From NCBI RefSeq assembly GCF_006345805.1, contig NC_043007.1, positions 11,780,001-11,844,000 of the forward strand: a DNA stretch of 64,000 nucleotides, given 5' to 3'. Shown piece after piece: positions 12,730-26,500 of this stretch. The notes beneath the pieces were generated by a model that searched no databases, was not told the origin of the DNA, and saw nothing but the letters and a program-made list of their open reading frames with translations. The position numbers and the translations under genes are program-made. The stretch's first letter is position 1. Every line of letters starts with the position of its first letter. The DNA is from Octopus sinensis (lineage: Eukaryota).

Positions 12730-13886
12730 GAATAAATATTATTATTATGAAGTTAGGCTAAGAGAAGAAATTGTCAGGATTAAAATTAGCCAAGGGTGAT
12801 AAGTGTCAGGGACATAATTAGCTTTGTATACAAGACTGGTGGTGATTTTTTGAAACATTTTTTGGAAGCAAAAAAATGTATTTTATATGCCATTAATGAC
12901 AGCATTTTCAGACATTGTATCTAGGATTATATTATTCAATATGTCACTTTAATTTTAAGATAGTAGAATATGATTGAGGGAGATTTGACATCTCTTTTAA
13001 GCAGGCTGAGTGGAATCATCTGAAGAAATAATGCACCTTCAGTTGGTGCATAATAGAAAATGCTTTTTTTTTTTTGCTGTTTTAGCCAATTCGATGTTGA
13101 AAAACTGACATTAGGTCAATGCTGTGCCAGAAATTCATAGATAAATTTTAGAAGAAGAAAAAAGGAGAGAGAGAAGAAGAAAGGGGATGACATCTCACCT
13201 ATTCTATCACTTTAAAAAAATTATTGTAAATGAAAACAGTTATAAATATATTGAGAGAAATGAAAAACGATGTAATAAATAACTTATTTATAGTAAGTGT
13301 CAAAGTTTCAGAAAACATTGGAGTAGACCATCTTGACATCTGCTATGAATATATACATATATACACACATACATACACACACACATATATATATATGCAA
13401 ACACACACACATACACACATATATATAAATGATAAATTCTGCAAGTAACTATAATGCTAAATATTTAAAACTGAAACCACCCATTATTTCTATTCGAGAT
13501 AATATCTTCGTTACAAATGATGACCATAAATTATCTAAAGTTGCAACTCCAGAAAATCATTAATAATTCCCAGGTATTGGTCATTACCACTTATCTACAC
13601 TATCTACTAATTAATTTTGTTTTTGTTTTGTCTTTGTTTTTTTTTGCATTATTATTTTCAATTTGTTTTGGATTGAAATAACTTGTAATGGTCTTTTTAT
13701 TGTTTTTTTTTTTGCTTCTTTGTTCTTTTTTTTCATTTGTGTGTATGTGTGCGTGTGTGTGTTACTATATGTTGCAAAGTTATTAACTTAATTATTGGAG
13801 TGAATTATTTTGCCATAATAAATTTTGGTTGTTGTTGTTGTTCTTAATATTTGTTTATAGTGGTCTCATTTCACATTCGACTTTCC

Positions 13887-13955
<69 letters not shown>

Positions 13956-15019
13956 ACTGATCACCAAAACAGATCAATAATGTTCAATTATATTGCCACT
14001 GAAATATTTTGTTATGCTCCCACTTCAATCCCAACATAAGAGGGAACATCTAGGAAAAAAATATTGCAAATACATCTAAAGTGATTGGGTTCTTTTTCTT
14101 TGTCTTTCAAGAGTGTCTGTGTTTTGTTTTGTTTTTTTTATTGTTTGTGGTTGCATTTTTGTTTTGGCTTATTAACATTACTTTTTTCTTTTCTCTCTGA
14201 TTTTAAGGTTTTCTAAAAATTTAATTAAGATTTGGAGAAAATGAAAAAGTAAAATAAAGAAAGATAATAAATAAATTAATAAAAACAAAAGGAGATTTCA
14301 TCCGCTGTCCTTTTTCTCTTTCATATCATTTGTTAAGTGTCTTGTGTAAATATTCAAACGTCTTTAAGAAATAGTGTTGAAAGAGTTAACCCAGGAATTG
14401 AACCTGAATTATTTTCTTTGTTAAGGAATAATCTTTGATGAATTCTTTTCAAGTCAATCTATTTTTCCTAGCCTCGCTGTCCTCGGCCAGTCATATATTT
14501 TAATTGACTATCATCAGTCAAATTTTTCCAATCTAATTATATTTATTTTTATACTTTTATACTTTGCATTTTTTTCTTCAAGAAATCAATCAACAAAGGC
14601 TAATCATTCAAGTTTTAACAACCCTTCATTGCCAAATGACCATTCTGATAATTTAGTCTGCAATTTTACTCCGGTTAGATTTCAGAGAAAAAATAAAATG
14701 TAACTAAGTTTGCTGGCATTTTTTTTTTTGTGGTGTATTTTGTTTGTTGTTAATTCAATTTAATTTAATTTAGTATTGAAAGAATTAATTTAAATAATTA
14801 ATCCAAATAATATCTGTTTCTTTTCTTTTCTTTTTAATTCAAAAATATATCTTAATTTTAACCTATATAAGCACAGACATGGCTGTGTGATTATGAAGCT
14901 TGCTTCCCAACCACTTGGTTTTGAGTTCAGTCCCACTGACAGCACCTAGGCAACTATCTTCTATTATAGCCCCAGGCCAACGAAAACCTTGTGAGTCTAT
15001 TTGGTAGACTGTAAGAAGT

Positions 15020-15155
15020 AGATTGGGCCTCCAGTCAGGCTTTTCACGAGACCCTTAAAGCCGGAACTTTTCAACACCACCTCATATATATGAGGTGGTG
15101 TTGAAAAGTTCCGGCTTTAAGGGTCTCATGAAAAGCCTGACTGGAGGCCCAATCT
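15020..15155. repeat. 136-bp palindrome, no spacer, one mismatch
   Basis: Positions pair with sum 30175; only 15047/15128 mismatch. Confidence 0.95.
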
Positions 15156-15306
15156 GCTGAGTCCTTTTACAGGGTTTACAAAACCTAAAGGACCACTGCA
15201 ATAAGTGTCTGAATCTGAGAGGGGAATATGTTGAATAAAATCATAATTAACTGAGTCTCCTGTATTTTCCTTTACCCAAATTCAGGAACTTTTCAGCACC
15301 TCCTCA
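15091..15306 (+). mobile_element. mariner-derived MITE
   Basis: TIRs TGAGGTGGTGTTGAAAAGTTCC / GGAACTTTTCAGCACCTCCTCA after TA; internal 15191-15238 encodes DHCNKCLNLRGEYVE*, like a mariner transposase C-terminus. Confidence 0.85.
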
Positions 15307-15324
15307 TGTGTGTATATATATTCT

Positions 15325-15678
15325 TTTATTTGTTTCAGTCATTTGACTGTGGCCGTGCTGGAGCACTTAGTCAAAGAAATCAACCCCAGGACTTATTCTT
15401 TGTCAGCCTAGAACTTATTCTATTGGTCTCTTTTGCCAAACTACTAAGTTACAGGAACATAAACACACCAACATTGGTTGTCAAGCGATGGTGGGGTGAC
15501 AAACACATATATATATATTTATACAACAGCTTTCTTTCAGTTTCTCTCTACCAAATCCACTCACAAGGCTTTGATTGGCTCAAGGCTATAGTAGAAAACA
15601 CAAGTCTAATGTACTACACAGTGGGACTGAACCTGGAACCATTTGGTTGGTAAGCAAGCTACTTACCACACAGCCACT
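15325..15678 (-). mobile_element. SINE family A
   Basis: Collinear match. Confidence 0.88.
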
Positions 15679-16036
15679 CAGTATGTTATACAAAGCTCAT
15701 TCACAGCTTTTGGCTACATGGTGTCATACAGTGGATATACATTTGGAATTCCATAGTATCCACAGAGTTTAATGTTTATGCATCTCACCAACATATTACA
15801 AATGTAAAAATGTGTTGAAACAATTGTAGTGATTTTAAATTAAAAAGATATTGTTCATTCCATTTTCTATCATTTATCTATAAATGAATGTATGTGTTAG
15901 TTTATATGTGTATGTGTTCATGTGGACCCTTCTCTAGACTTCACATAATGGTTGTAAATAAGCATTATCATCATACAACAGAGATGTTTATTTCTCGACT
16001 CATGTAGGAAAACATGTCTGGTCACAGGAAAATAAT

Positions 16037-16268
16037 ACCTATTTCTTTACTACCCACAAGGGGCTAAACACAGAGGGGACAAACAAGGACAGACAAAAGG
16101 ATTAAGTCGATTATATTGACCCCAGTGCTTAACTGGTACTTATTTAATCGACCCCGAAAGGATGAAAGGCAAAGTCGACCTTGGCAGAATTTGAACTCAG
16201 AACATAGCGGTAGACAAAATACCGCTAAGCATTTCACCCGGTGTGCTAACGTTTCTGCCAGCTTGCCA
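16037..16268 (-). mobile_element. SINE family B
   Basis: Collinear match. Confidence 0.9.
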
Positions 16269-17399
16269 CCACAGGAAAACATTACCTTGCTCAGAAACAG
16301 GTGAGGGTTAGCAAAAAGGGTATCCTGGCCTTAGGAAAATCTGCCTCAGTAAATTCTATCTGACCCATGCAAGCATGAAAAATGGATATTAAATGATGAT
16401 GGTGATGATAATGATGTTCTTAAATTAATAGTAAATTATAAAAAAAATAATAGATAACCAAGAAAATTATATTATGAAAGAAAGACAGAAATAACCAACT
16501 CTGTGACAGTGTCAACTTGTTTCTTTTAGGAAGTATACTCTATGTAAAGTCAGGAATTTCGAGAATTTCTATGAACTGATAGAAGAACACTTTCACATGT
16601 GGTCTTCCAATAACTACAGTTCTTAGCTTGATCTCATGTGAAGAATTATAGTTTCTTCATTGTCAGATAGGCAAGAACTGAATACAGCAGTGGCTGATGA
16701 GAAACTGTTTTACAATACACAACATTATTCATGTTTTTATTGCAACGAAGAGATCAAAGCAGGCCAAAAAAACAAAAAGAAAAGAAAAGAAAAAATAAAG
16801 AATAATAATAATGATAATAATAATAATAATAATAATAACAATGTAGTTTTTCACAAATGGCAAAAAGGAGAATGGCAATATTGAAAGATGCTTTATTCTG
16901 ATCCCATTCGGCTCATACGAACTTGGAAGAAAGCAAATGTTGTCAGTGTAAATTAAACCTTTCTTTTAGGCGGAATCGCAGGATATTTCTTATAGTCAGA
17001 AGCACACACAAACACATACACATACACAAACATACATGTATAAAAATACACACATACATATATATATATATATATTGGGAGCAGATTTTCTTTCAAATAT
17101 TGTATTGAAGACACCATCTGTGTTGGAAGATAATATTTTTTATTAAAAATTTTTCATACTTTCCTTTACAGTCCCCTTCGCTTCAGTTTGGAGCAATAAT
17201 GTTCCAAAGTCCATTAATACTTTTAAGAGCTAAAGCTCAGCTTTCACAAGATGAGCCAGGAAGGTGTTGGAACATTAATCGAATTGCCAACATTGTTGTT
17301 CCCAACTAAACACAAGGGACAAATAGGGATATAGGAAAAACCTTTAATAAAAAAGATTAACTTCGAGCATAGTTATGTCATCACTATGTATGCATGTGT

Positions 17400-17850
17400 C
17401 TGTTTATACAAGCACGTGTGTGTGTGTATGTGTGTGTGTGTGTGTGTGCATATGTGATGATGTATGTACATGTATGCACAAGTGTATATGTACCTGATGT
17501 GTACGACTAAATACACATATATACAGATGTATGTATGTGTGTGTGAGTGAGTTCATGAATGTATGGAGGTGTATAATTATATACATACATGTGTGTGTGT
17601 GTGTGTATGCATATGTGAAGATGTATATACATGTATGGACAAGCGTGCATGTACCTGATGTGTATGACTAAATACACATATATACAGATGTATGTATATG
17701 TGAGTGAGTGTGAGTGCATGAATGTATGGAGGTGTATAATTATATACATACATACATGTGTGTGTGTGAGTATGTGTGTGTGTGTGTGTACTTGTATGTG
17801 TGTCAATACACTCACACATGCATCGACATGTATGTGTGTATGTGTGTGAG
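17400..17850. repeat. TG/TA microsatellite region with an internal duplication of about 110 bp
   Basis: gtacctgatgtgta..actaaatacacatatatacagatgtatgta...catgaatgtatggaggtgtataattatatacatac occurs twice (about 17490 and 17650). Confidence 0.85.
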
Positions 17851-18910
17851 GAAAATAGACAAGTGTACTATCTCAGAATGCATCTAAATTTATCTAAACA
17901 CAGTATTTTTCTGTGAGAGAGTGCTCTATAACTAATTACAAATTAATTACAACTATCTCAAAAGTCTATTCGAAAATAAATAAGATAGCAAGGAAGATTC
18001 CAGAACATAAAGATACAAAGCAGGTGTAAATATATTACTTTACAATGGTATTACCTGTACACTGGCATACTGGCATACCATTGGTTATGGTAAGTGTTCC
18101 TGTTGATTCAATCAATGGAACAACTTCCTCCTGAAATTAATTTGCAGGTGACTGAGGACTCCACAGACATGCATACTCTTAACATAGTGCTCAGGAAGGT
18201 TTAGCATGGCACAGAGGAGGTGACAAGCCTGGCCCTTTGAAAGACAGGTACTAATCATTTTTGCCAGAGAGAGAGAGAGTGACAAGTATATATGTAATGT
18301 GTGTGTGTTTGACAGGCTTTGGTTGTCTTGGAGCTAGAGTAGAAGTCACATGTCCAAGGTGCCTTAGAGGGGAATTGAACCAGAAACCATATTATTGCAA
18401 AGCAAACTGATTAACCATGCAACCATATAAATATGCATGAGTGTGTCTATATACAAATGCTTATATATGTATTGAATGGACTAGAGTGACATGAAGTAAA
18501 GTGCCTTGTTCAAGAACACAATGCACCCTTGGGAATCGAACTCACAACTTCATAATCATTAGCCAAATATACTAACCACTAAGCCATGCGTCTTCACTTA
18601 TTACCTGTAATTGGTATACACCATCGTCATCTTAAGCTTGCATGAGTCAATTAAAATTCACTGTAACAGATTTTCTACAGCAGGATGCTCTTCCTGTTCC
18701 CATGTAAGCTAATATTTACCCTTGTCCTTTGAATGCAAACAGCACACTGGCCAGACATGTTTTCATGGAAGACTGTAAATGAATGACTGCTTGCATAATG
18801 GTAACACAATTGTTTACAATTTGTGCATAATATTAAAACAAGGACACACACATGTGTGTGTGCATGTATATGTATCTGTATGCTTGTGTGTGTGTGTGTG
18901 TATGTATGTA

Positions 18911-18968
<58 letters not shown>

Positions 18969-19234
18969 TGTATGTATGTATGTATGTATATGTAAAGCAC
19001 TCGTGTGCCAGCACCATGGGAAAAGCACCCATGCCAGTACCACATGGAAAGCCCCCAGTATATTCTGTAAAGTGGTTGGCATTAGGAAGGGCATTCAGCC
19101 ATAGAAACTATACCAAAACAGTTGACTGGAGCCTGGTGCAACCCTCTGGCTTACCAGCTCTTGTCAAACCATTCAACCCATTCCAGTACAGAAAACAAAC
19201 ATTAAATGATGATGATGATATATATATATATATA

Positions 19235-19631
19235 GGCTCAGGAGTGGCTGTGTGGTAAGTAGCTTGCTTACCAACCACATGGTTCCATGTTCAGTCCCAC
19301 TGTGTGGCACCTTGGGTGTCTTCTACTATAGCCTCAGGCCGACCAAAGCCTTGTGAGTGGATTTGGTAGACGGAAACTGAAAGAATCCCGACGTATATAT
19401 GTATATATATATGTGTGTGTGTATATATGTTTGTGTGTCTGTGTTTGTCCCCACAACATTGCTTGACAACCGATGCTGGTATGTTTATGTCCCTGTAACT
19501 TAGCGATCTGGCAAAAGAGACCAATAGAATAAGTACTAAGCTTACAAAGAATAAGTCCTGGGGTCGATTTGCTCGACTAAAGGCGGTGCTCCAGCATGGC
19601 CACAGTCAAATGACTGAAACAAGTAAAAGAG
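19235..19631 (+). mobile_element. SINE family A
   Basis: Full-length copy. Confidence 0.92.
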
Positions 19632-19635
19632 TATG

Positions 19636-19676
<41 letters not shown>

Positions 19677-19689
19677 TCTTTCTCTCTCT

Positions 19690-20081
19690 TTTCTCTTTTA
19701 CTTGTTTCAGTCATTTGACTGCGGCCATGCTGGAGCACCGCCTTTAATCGAGCAACTCGACCCCGAGACTTATTCTTTGTAAGCCCAGTACTGATTCTAT
19801 CGGTCTCTTTTTTGCCGAACCGCTAAGTGACGGGGACGTAAACACACCAGCATCGGTTGTCAAGCAATGCTAGGGGAACAAACACAGACACACAAACAAA
19901 CACATATACATATATACGACAGGCTTCTTTTCAGTTTCCGTCTACCAAATCCACTCACAAGGCATTGGTCGGCCCGGGGCTATAGCAGAAGACACTTGCC
20001 CAAGATGCCACGCAGTGGGACTGAACCCGGAACCATGTGGTTGGTTAGCAAGCTACTTACCACACAGCCACTCCTGCGCCT
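19690..20081 (-). mobile_element. SINE family A, tail-to-tail with the previous copy
   Basis: Full-length reverse copy about 60 nt downstream. Confidence 0.92.
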
Positions 20082-20325
20082 GTCATATATATATATATCG
20101 AGAGAGAGAGAGAGAGTGACAAGTATATATGTTATGCATGTGTGTATGACAGGCTTTGGTTGTCTTGGAACTAGAGTAGAAGTCACATGTCCAAGGTGAC
20201 TTAGAGGGGAACTGAACCAGAAACCATATGATTGCAAAGCAAACTTATTAACCATGCAACCATATAAATATCCATGTACGTATCTATGTACAAATGCTTA
20301 TATATGTATTACGTATGTGCATACA

Positions 20326-20356
<31 letters not shown>

Positions 20357-22224
20357 ATAAACAACTATTGAACACTGATATAGTCCTCCTATTATATAGA
20401 TATAGGTATAGACATGACTGAGTGGCTGTAGAATACCTTGGACAATTGTCTGTTACAATATCCAGGAGCTGACCAGTGCCCTGTGAGTGAATTTGGTAGA
20501 CAGAATATGTATGGAAGCTTGTATATATATGTGTGTGTGTTTGTTTTTGTCTTACATACACACATCCCAAGTGACAACCAATGTTCATTTATACGTCTGT
20601 GTAACTTAGCAGTTTGGCAAACAACATCAATGGAACAAGTACCAGTTTTAAAAAGTATATGTACCAGTGTCAATTTGTTCGTCAAAAACCCTTCAAGGTG
20701 GTGCCCCAGCATGGTCACAGTCCATTGAGCAAAACAAGATAAAAGATTTAATATTATTATTGAACATTGAAGTATTAAATTACTGTATGACTGCAGAATA
20801 ATTTAGTCAAGCCCAATATCTCTATTCTTACTCCATTTCATATCTTTAAGCACATTACAACAGATGTCTGCAAGTTTTGTTTTGTTTGTTTGTTTTTGTT
20901 TTGTTTTTTTTTATTAATGTAATGGTCTGTTTCATACCTAAATGATAGCAGAAAATTTTTTTCTGCCTAATCACACAGACCAAGCCACCGTGCAAGGTTT
21001 GGTAAAATAAGACATTGTGGAACGATAATAAACTCTTGGGATAAAAATATCTTAAGTTCTGGCTTTTGACATTTATCTGCAAATATTTATGCAGGTTATT
21101 GAATTAACGTCATCGTCGTCGTCATCAGCGTCATTTTAACTTCCATTTTTCCATGCTTCCATAGATTGGACAGAGTTTATTGAAGCAGATTTCTTTTCAA
21201 TGACCTGGATGCCCTTCATGTCACCAACCCTTACTTGTTTTCCAAGCAAGGTAATATTTCCCCATGGCCAAATATGTTCTCAAAGGATATTGGAAATGAA
21301 TGACATTCCTTGTATGAATGCGACAATCATTTACAACTGTCATGTGATGTAAAGATAAGGAGACACAAACACACACACACACACACACACATTGTTTCAG
21401 TCATAAGACTGTGGCCATGCTGGGGCACCACATTGAAGAATTAATTTTTAGTCAAATTAATCAACCCCACTACATACTTTTTGCTAAGCCTGGTACTTAT
21501 TCCTTTGGTCTCTTTTGCCAAACCACTAAGTTACAGGGACATAAACACACCAACACTGGTTGTCAAGGGGTGATGGTAGGCAAACATACATACATACATA
21601 CATACACTCATATACATATATATATATATGAGGGAATATTATTCCAAACTTACAGGGAAAAATTCAATTTAGAAATACTAAATCAAATTTCACAAAATAT
21701 AATATATATAAATTAGAAAAAAATATCTCTATTCTTACTATATATATACTTGACAGACTTCTTTCAGTTTCTTTCCACCAAATCCATTCACAAAGCTTTA
21801 GTTGGCCCTAGGCTATAGTAGATGTTTGCCTAAGGTGCAAGGTAGGAGGACTGAACCCATATCCATGTGGTTGAAAAGTAAGCTTCTTACCACACAGCCA
21901 GGCCTGATACATTTATATAAACTTCTTAACCATTCAGCCATGCCACAAATATAGCATATCATCATCATTATTTTAACATCCACTTTTCCTTGCTTCAATT
22001 CACCGAAGCTGGTTTTCTGTGGCTGGGTGCCCTTCCTGTTGCCAACCATGACTTGTATCCAAACAAGGTAATATTTCCTCCCCGTAATTGAACATGTTTT
22101 CACAGAAGATTGGGAATGGATGACAGCATTTATATTATGGTAACGCTTGCTCATAACCATCATATGATTTTAAGGCAAGGAGGCACAAGCATACACAATA
22201 GGCATGGGCATGACTGTATATAGG

Positions 22225-22635
22225 CGCCAGTGTGGTTGTGTAGTAAGTAGCTTGCTTCTCAACCACATGGTTCCAGGTTCAGTTTCACTGCATGGCACCT
22301 TGGCCGAGTGTCTCTCACTATAGCCTCGGGCCGACCAAAACCTTGTGAGTGGATTTGGTTGACAGAAACTGAAAGAATCCTTTTCATATATATATATATG
22401 TGTGTGTATATATGTATATTATCTACGTGTGTATGTGTTTGTGCCCCCATCACTGCTTGACAACCGGTGTTGGTGTGTTTATATCTCTGTAACTTAGCAG
22501 TTCAGCAAAAGTGACTAATAGAATGAGTATTAGGCTTAAGAAATAAATCCTGGGGTCGATATATTTGACTAAAATCCCTCAAGGATGTGCTCCAGCAGGG
22601 CTGCAGTCAAATGACTGAAACAAGTAAAAGAATAA
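22225..22635 (+). mobile_element. SINE family A
   Basis: Collinear match. Confidence 0.88.
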
Positions 22636-22733
22636 AAGAAAAACATTCTCACTCATATATAACAGGCTTCTTTTAGTTTCCATCTTCTAAATCTATTCAT
22701 AAGGCTTTTGTCGACCCAGGGGCTATAGTTGCT

Positions 22734-23073
22734 GAGACCCCCTTCGGTCATGACACAGACCATGGGATTGCACCTAGAAAGTTACCTTCCCAGGCACAAG
22801 TCCGGGCAAGGTTGTTTATGGAAGACCAGCAGTCGCCCATGCATACCGGCCTCCCCTCTCCACGCCACTGATGTTATCCAAGGGAAAGGCAAAGGGGCCG
22901 ATACGGCTTGGCACCTGTGACGACGCAACTCATTTCTACAGTTGAGTGAACTTGAGCAACATGAAATAAAGTGTCTTGCTCAAGAACACAACACGCAGCC
23001 CGGTCCGGGATTCGAACTCACAACCTCACGATTGTAAGCTTGACGCTCTAACCACTGAGCCATGCGCCTTCAC
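22734..23073 (-). mobile_element. SINE family C nested in an older A fragment
   Basis: Full-length; GGGGCTATAGT repeated on both sides. Confidence 0.92.
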
Positions 23074-24672
23074 TATGGAGGTGGGGGGCTATAGTATGAA
23101 GCAACATACTGAAGGTGCTATGCAGTGGGACTGAACGCAAAACAGCTATGCCTGCATCTGTGTGTGTGTGTGTATGTATGTGTGTGTGTGTAATCATTTG
23201 ATAATGTATAATGGCAAGAAAAGTAAACAGCTGACATTTGTGAGGAACGTGAAAATGGTGAGAAAAACCAGTAAACCATCATTTTCAAACATAACTCCCT
23301 CCTCATGTTATTTGTTCCACCTGAGTTAAAACACTTTCTTGTCACATTCGTCAATCGTAAATATAGCGAACCAGTGGTTGGCCTGTTGGACCTCCCCTCT
23401 CCCATAACCAGTGACGCTGTTGTTCACAGCCTGCATTATAAAGGAAACAATTCACTAACCATTCCGTTGAGCTAGAGAACTGCAACGTTATTTTTGCTGC
23501 TGCGCTGACTCTATTATCAAGAATTGAATGTGCTCTGCTGCAAAGTAGGCGCAATCCTCATTTCACAGCCAACTGGTTAGCAGTAGGACCGTCACTAAGT
23601 TATAGAATTACCTGCCTCAACAATCTGTAAATACCTGGATTTGTGAGAAATCATATTTTGGTTATTCTAACATGGAAAAATGCTGTAAAAACCTTATGAA
23701 ACATGCAAATAATAATTAAGATAAGATAGGTATGGCTGTGTGGTTAAGAAGTTTGTTTCCCAACTACATGGTTATGCTTTTGGAGTCGATTACATTGACC
23801 CCAGTGTGTAACTGGTACTTAATTTATCGACCCTGAAAGGATTATATTCTTTTCTACTCTAGGCACAAGGCCCCAAATTTTTTGGGGTGGGGTGGGTCCA
23901 GTCGATTAGATCGACCCCAGTACGCAACCGGTACTTAATTTATCGACCCCCAAATGGATGAAAGGCAAAGTCAATCGCTGCAAAATTTGAACTCAGAACC
24001 TACATACAGATGAAATATAAGCATTTCGCCCGGCATGCTAACGTTTCTGCCAGCTTGATTTAGTTGATTATATTGAATCTTAAAACATGGACATAAAGTC
24101 GATGTAGATGGGATTTGAACTGAGAACATAAAGAGCTAGAACACATATGCAAAGCATTTTGTGAATGCTCTAACAAGTTTAAGCATAATAAATATTTTTC
24201 CTCTTCTTGACTAAAACAAATCAGACTCCAAGCATAATGGTACAATTTCCATTTAGCTATGCTTGCTTCCCCATGGTATCTATTTTCAACTTAGTGTACT
24301 GAGCTAACAAGAAGGCTAGAAGATGCAAATTGCTGTTGTTTTGCCTCAGGTCAGTGTTTTTTTTTTCCAATCAAGCAAATGTGTCCTTTTACTAAAACAG
24401 TAGATTATGATTTGGGAGAGATTCAGCTACTATTTCTAGCAGGTGAAGCAACTGAGTAGAAATACCCTCAATGGCTCACACAAACTGTCCTTTAATTGGT
24501 CGATGTATTGTAAAGACTTGTCAGCTACGACTTCATCTTAATCTTCATAAGTAGGCTGTCAATTTTTACATTTCATACTTTCAATCCCAGAAATTAGGTT
24601 ATTCCACTTAGAGTAAGAGTTTCACTTACACAGTCTCTACACTTTGCTGCTGCTACTACTGCTACTGCTACT

Positions 24673-24713
<41 letters not shown>

Positions 24714-24899
24714 TATTATTATAATATTTAGCATACTGTGAAATGTTTAGCAGCATTTCGTCCATCTTTGCATTGTGAGTTCAAATACCGCTGAGGTTGA
24801 TTATGCTTTTCATCCCTTTGGCGCCAATAAAATAAGAACTTGTTGGCCTTGTACCAAAATTTGAAACCATCATCTTCATCATAAGCATTATTATCAAGG

Positions 24900-24940
<41 letters not shown>

Positions 24941-25027
24941 CATTGTTATTATTATTATTATTATGGCGGTGCCCCAGCATGGCCACAGCTCGTGAGCTGA
25001 AACTAGATAAAAAATTTTTTTTAATTG

Positions 25028-25073
<46 letters not shown>

Positions 25074-25979
25074 CATTATTTTATGTGAAGAGAAATTGTG
25101 AAGAAACAGTTTGTAATTGTCATTTCCTCCTGGAAATGTTATTGGTAAAGAGAGAGGAAAAAAAAAATAAATACAAATTTTTTTTTCTTTTTTCCTTTCC
25201 TTTATTCTTTCTTTTTTTTTTTTTTTCAAATGACCTCAGAGTGTAAAAGACAGAATATTGTTTACAGTGACAATTGACAGATGTTTAAGTTCTATTCATT
25301 TCTTTTTTTTTTATTTGTGGTTAGTTCCTTGCCAGAAAGAATCAATTGGTTAGGAGATAGTGGAAGATAGATTGTTAATGGGTATAAGATCAATAAACGT
25401 TGGCGAAGAATGCTCCCCTTAGGATATATAAAGTTAAATTGATGAAGTCAGAAGGCAGTACTAATTTATAATGATTATGTATTCCACTCTATTCAATCAG
25501 TAGCCCATTTATTTTCTTTAACTCCTTTAAACGGCAACAATCTCATTGATTTTGGTTTGAGAATTTCAATGTAATATTTTCCTTTCAATATAATCTTAGT
25601 ATGACAATGACCCCCTAGGATATTTCAATACTTTGCATTTAACTACAGTTAGCTTAATAGGTGCATTCAAAATGGTAATTTATTTAGTATAAATTGATAT
25701 TAGTGTGGTTGTTTAATGATCACAGTGCTGGCGTGCTAACTGTTAGCACAGAGGTTATAGATTTTTAGAGCTAAGCTCTGATATTATATCATCCATTTTA
25801 GATTAGGTGACATAATTCTTGGTTATATATAAGATGGATTATAGACTTATTAGCAAACTGTGTTACTTATCTGGTTTTCATTTACAGTTAAAACTATTCA
25901 TTTCCAACATACACTCACACACATATGGATATTTATTTATTTTCTTCTTTTACTAAGAAGGTGAACACCTTATCTTAGC

Positions 25980-26500
25980 ATTATGACCCATAGCAGCATT
26001 AGCTGCACGTCCAAAGTCTTAAAAAGACTTGGACATGTTGACACTGTTGTGAACTCACTGGACAAGGGTATTAGGATATCTGAGGAGGAGGACAAAAGTT
26101 TTGGCTGTCTGAACACTGTCCAGGGTTCTTAGGAGCCATCTGAATTCCTTTGGTACCAGGACACTTAACAGAATTCTGGGTTACCATTGGCTGATTGGGT
26201 TTCATATCCACCCAATGACTATATTCAAAGCATGATGTGTCCTGTTACTTGTTTGATTTGGGAGTGTCATGCCAGACTGTTTGGTCATGTTGCTCAATTT
26301 TCAGAGTTGGATCCTACACATCCTGCTGGGGTAATGGCTCATGTTGGTCGGCCACATGCCACGTGGTCATGGTGGTGGAGGAAGTATCATGCAGAGAAGG
26401 GGACTGACTGGGCACTGCTCAGGGCGTTGCCAGACAATCTAAGCAAATACCAACAAATGATGGATGCAACAATGCACTGCAATGATGTATACCTGACTCA
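25980..26500 (+). mobile_element. Decayed RTE-clade LINE 3' fragment
   Basis: RLFGHVAQF...VGRPHATW motif typical of the RTE ORF C-terminus. Confidence 0.65.

Noticed and set aside
13020-13070. CTGAAGA...hairpin...GAAA hammerhead-like spacing
   Set aside because: No complementary helix I after a UH site
16694-16705. CTGATGAGAAAC core-like string
   Set aside because: Helix II is absent and helix I/III pairing is not available
16530-17330. Plus-strand acceptors at about 16530 and 17172 with short open frames
   Set aside because: No matching donors or recognisable peptide; such sites are common in T-rich DNA
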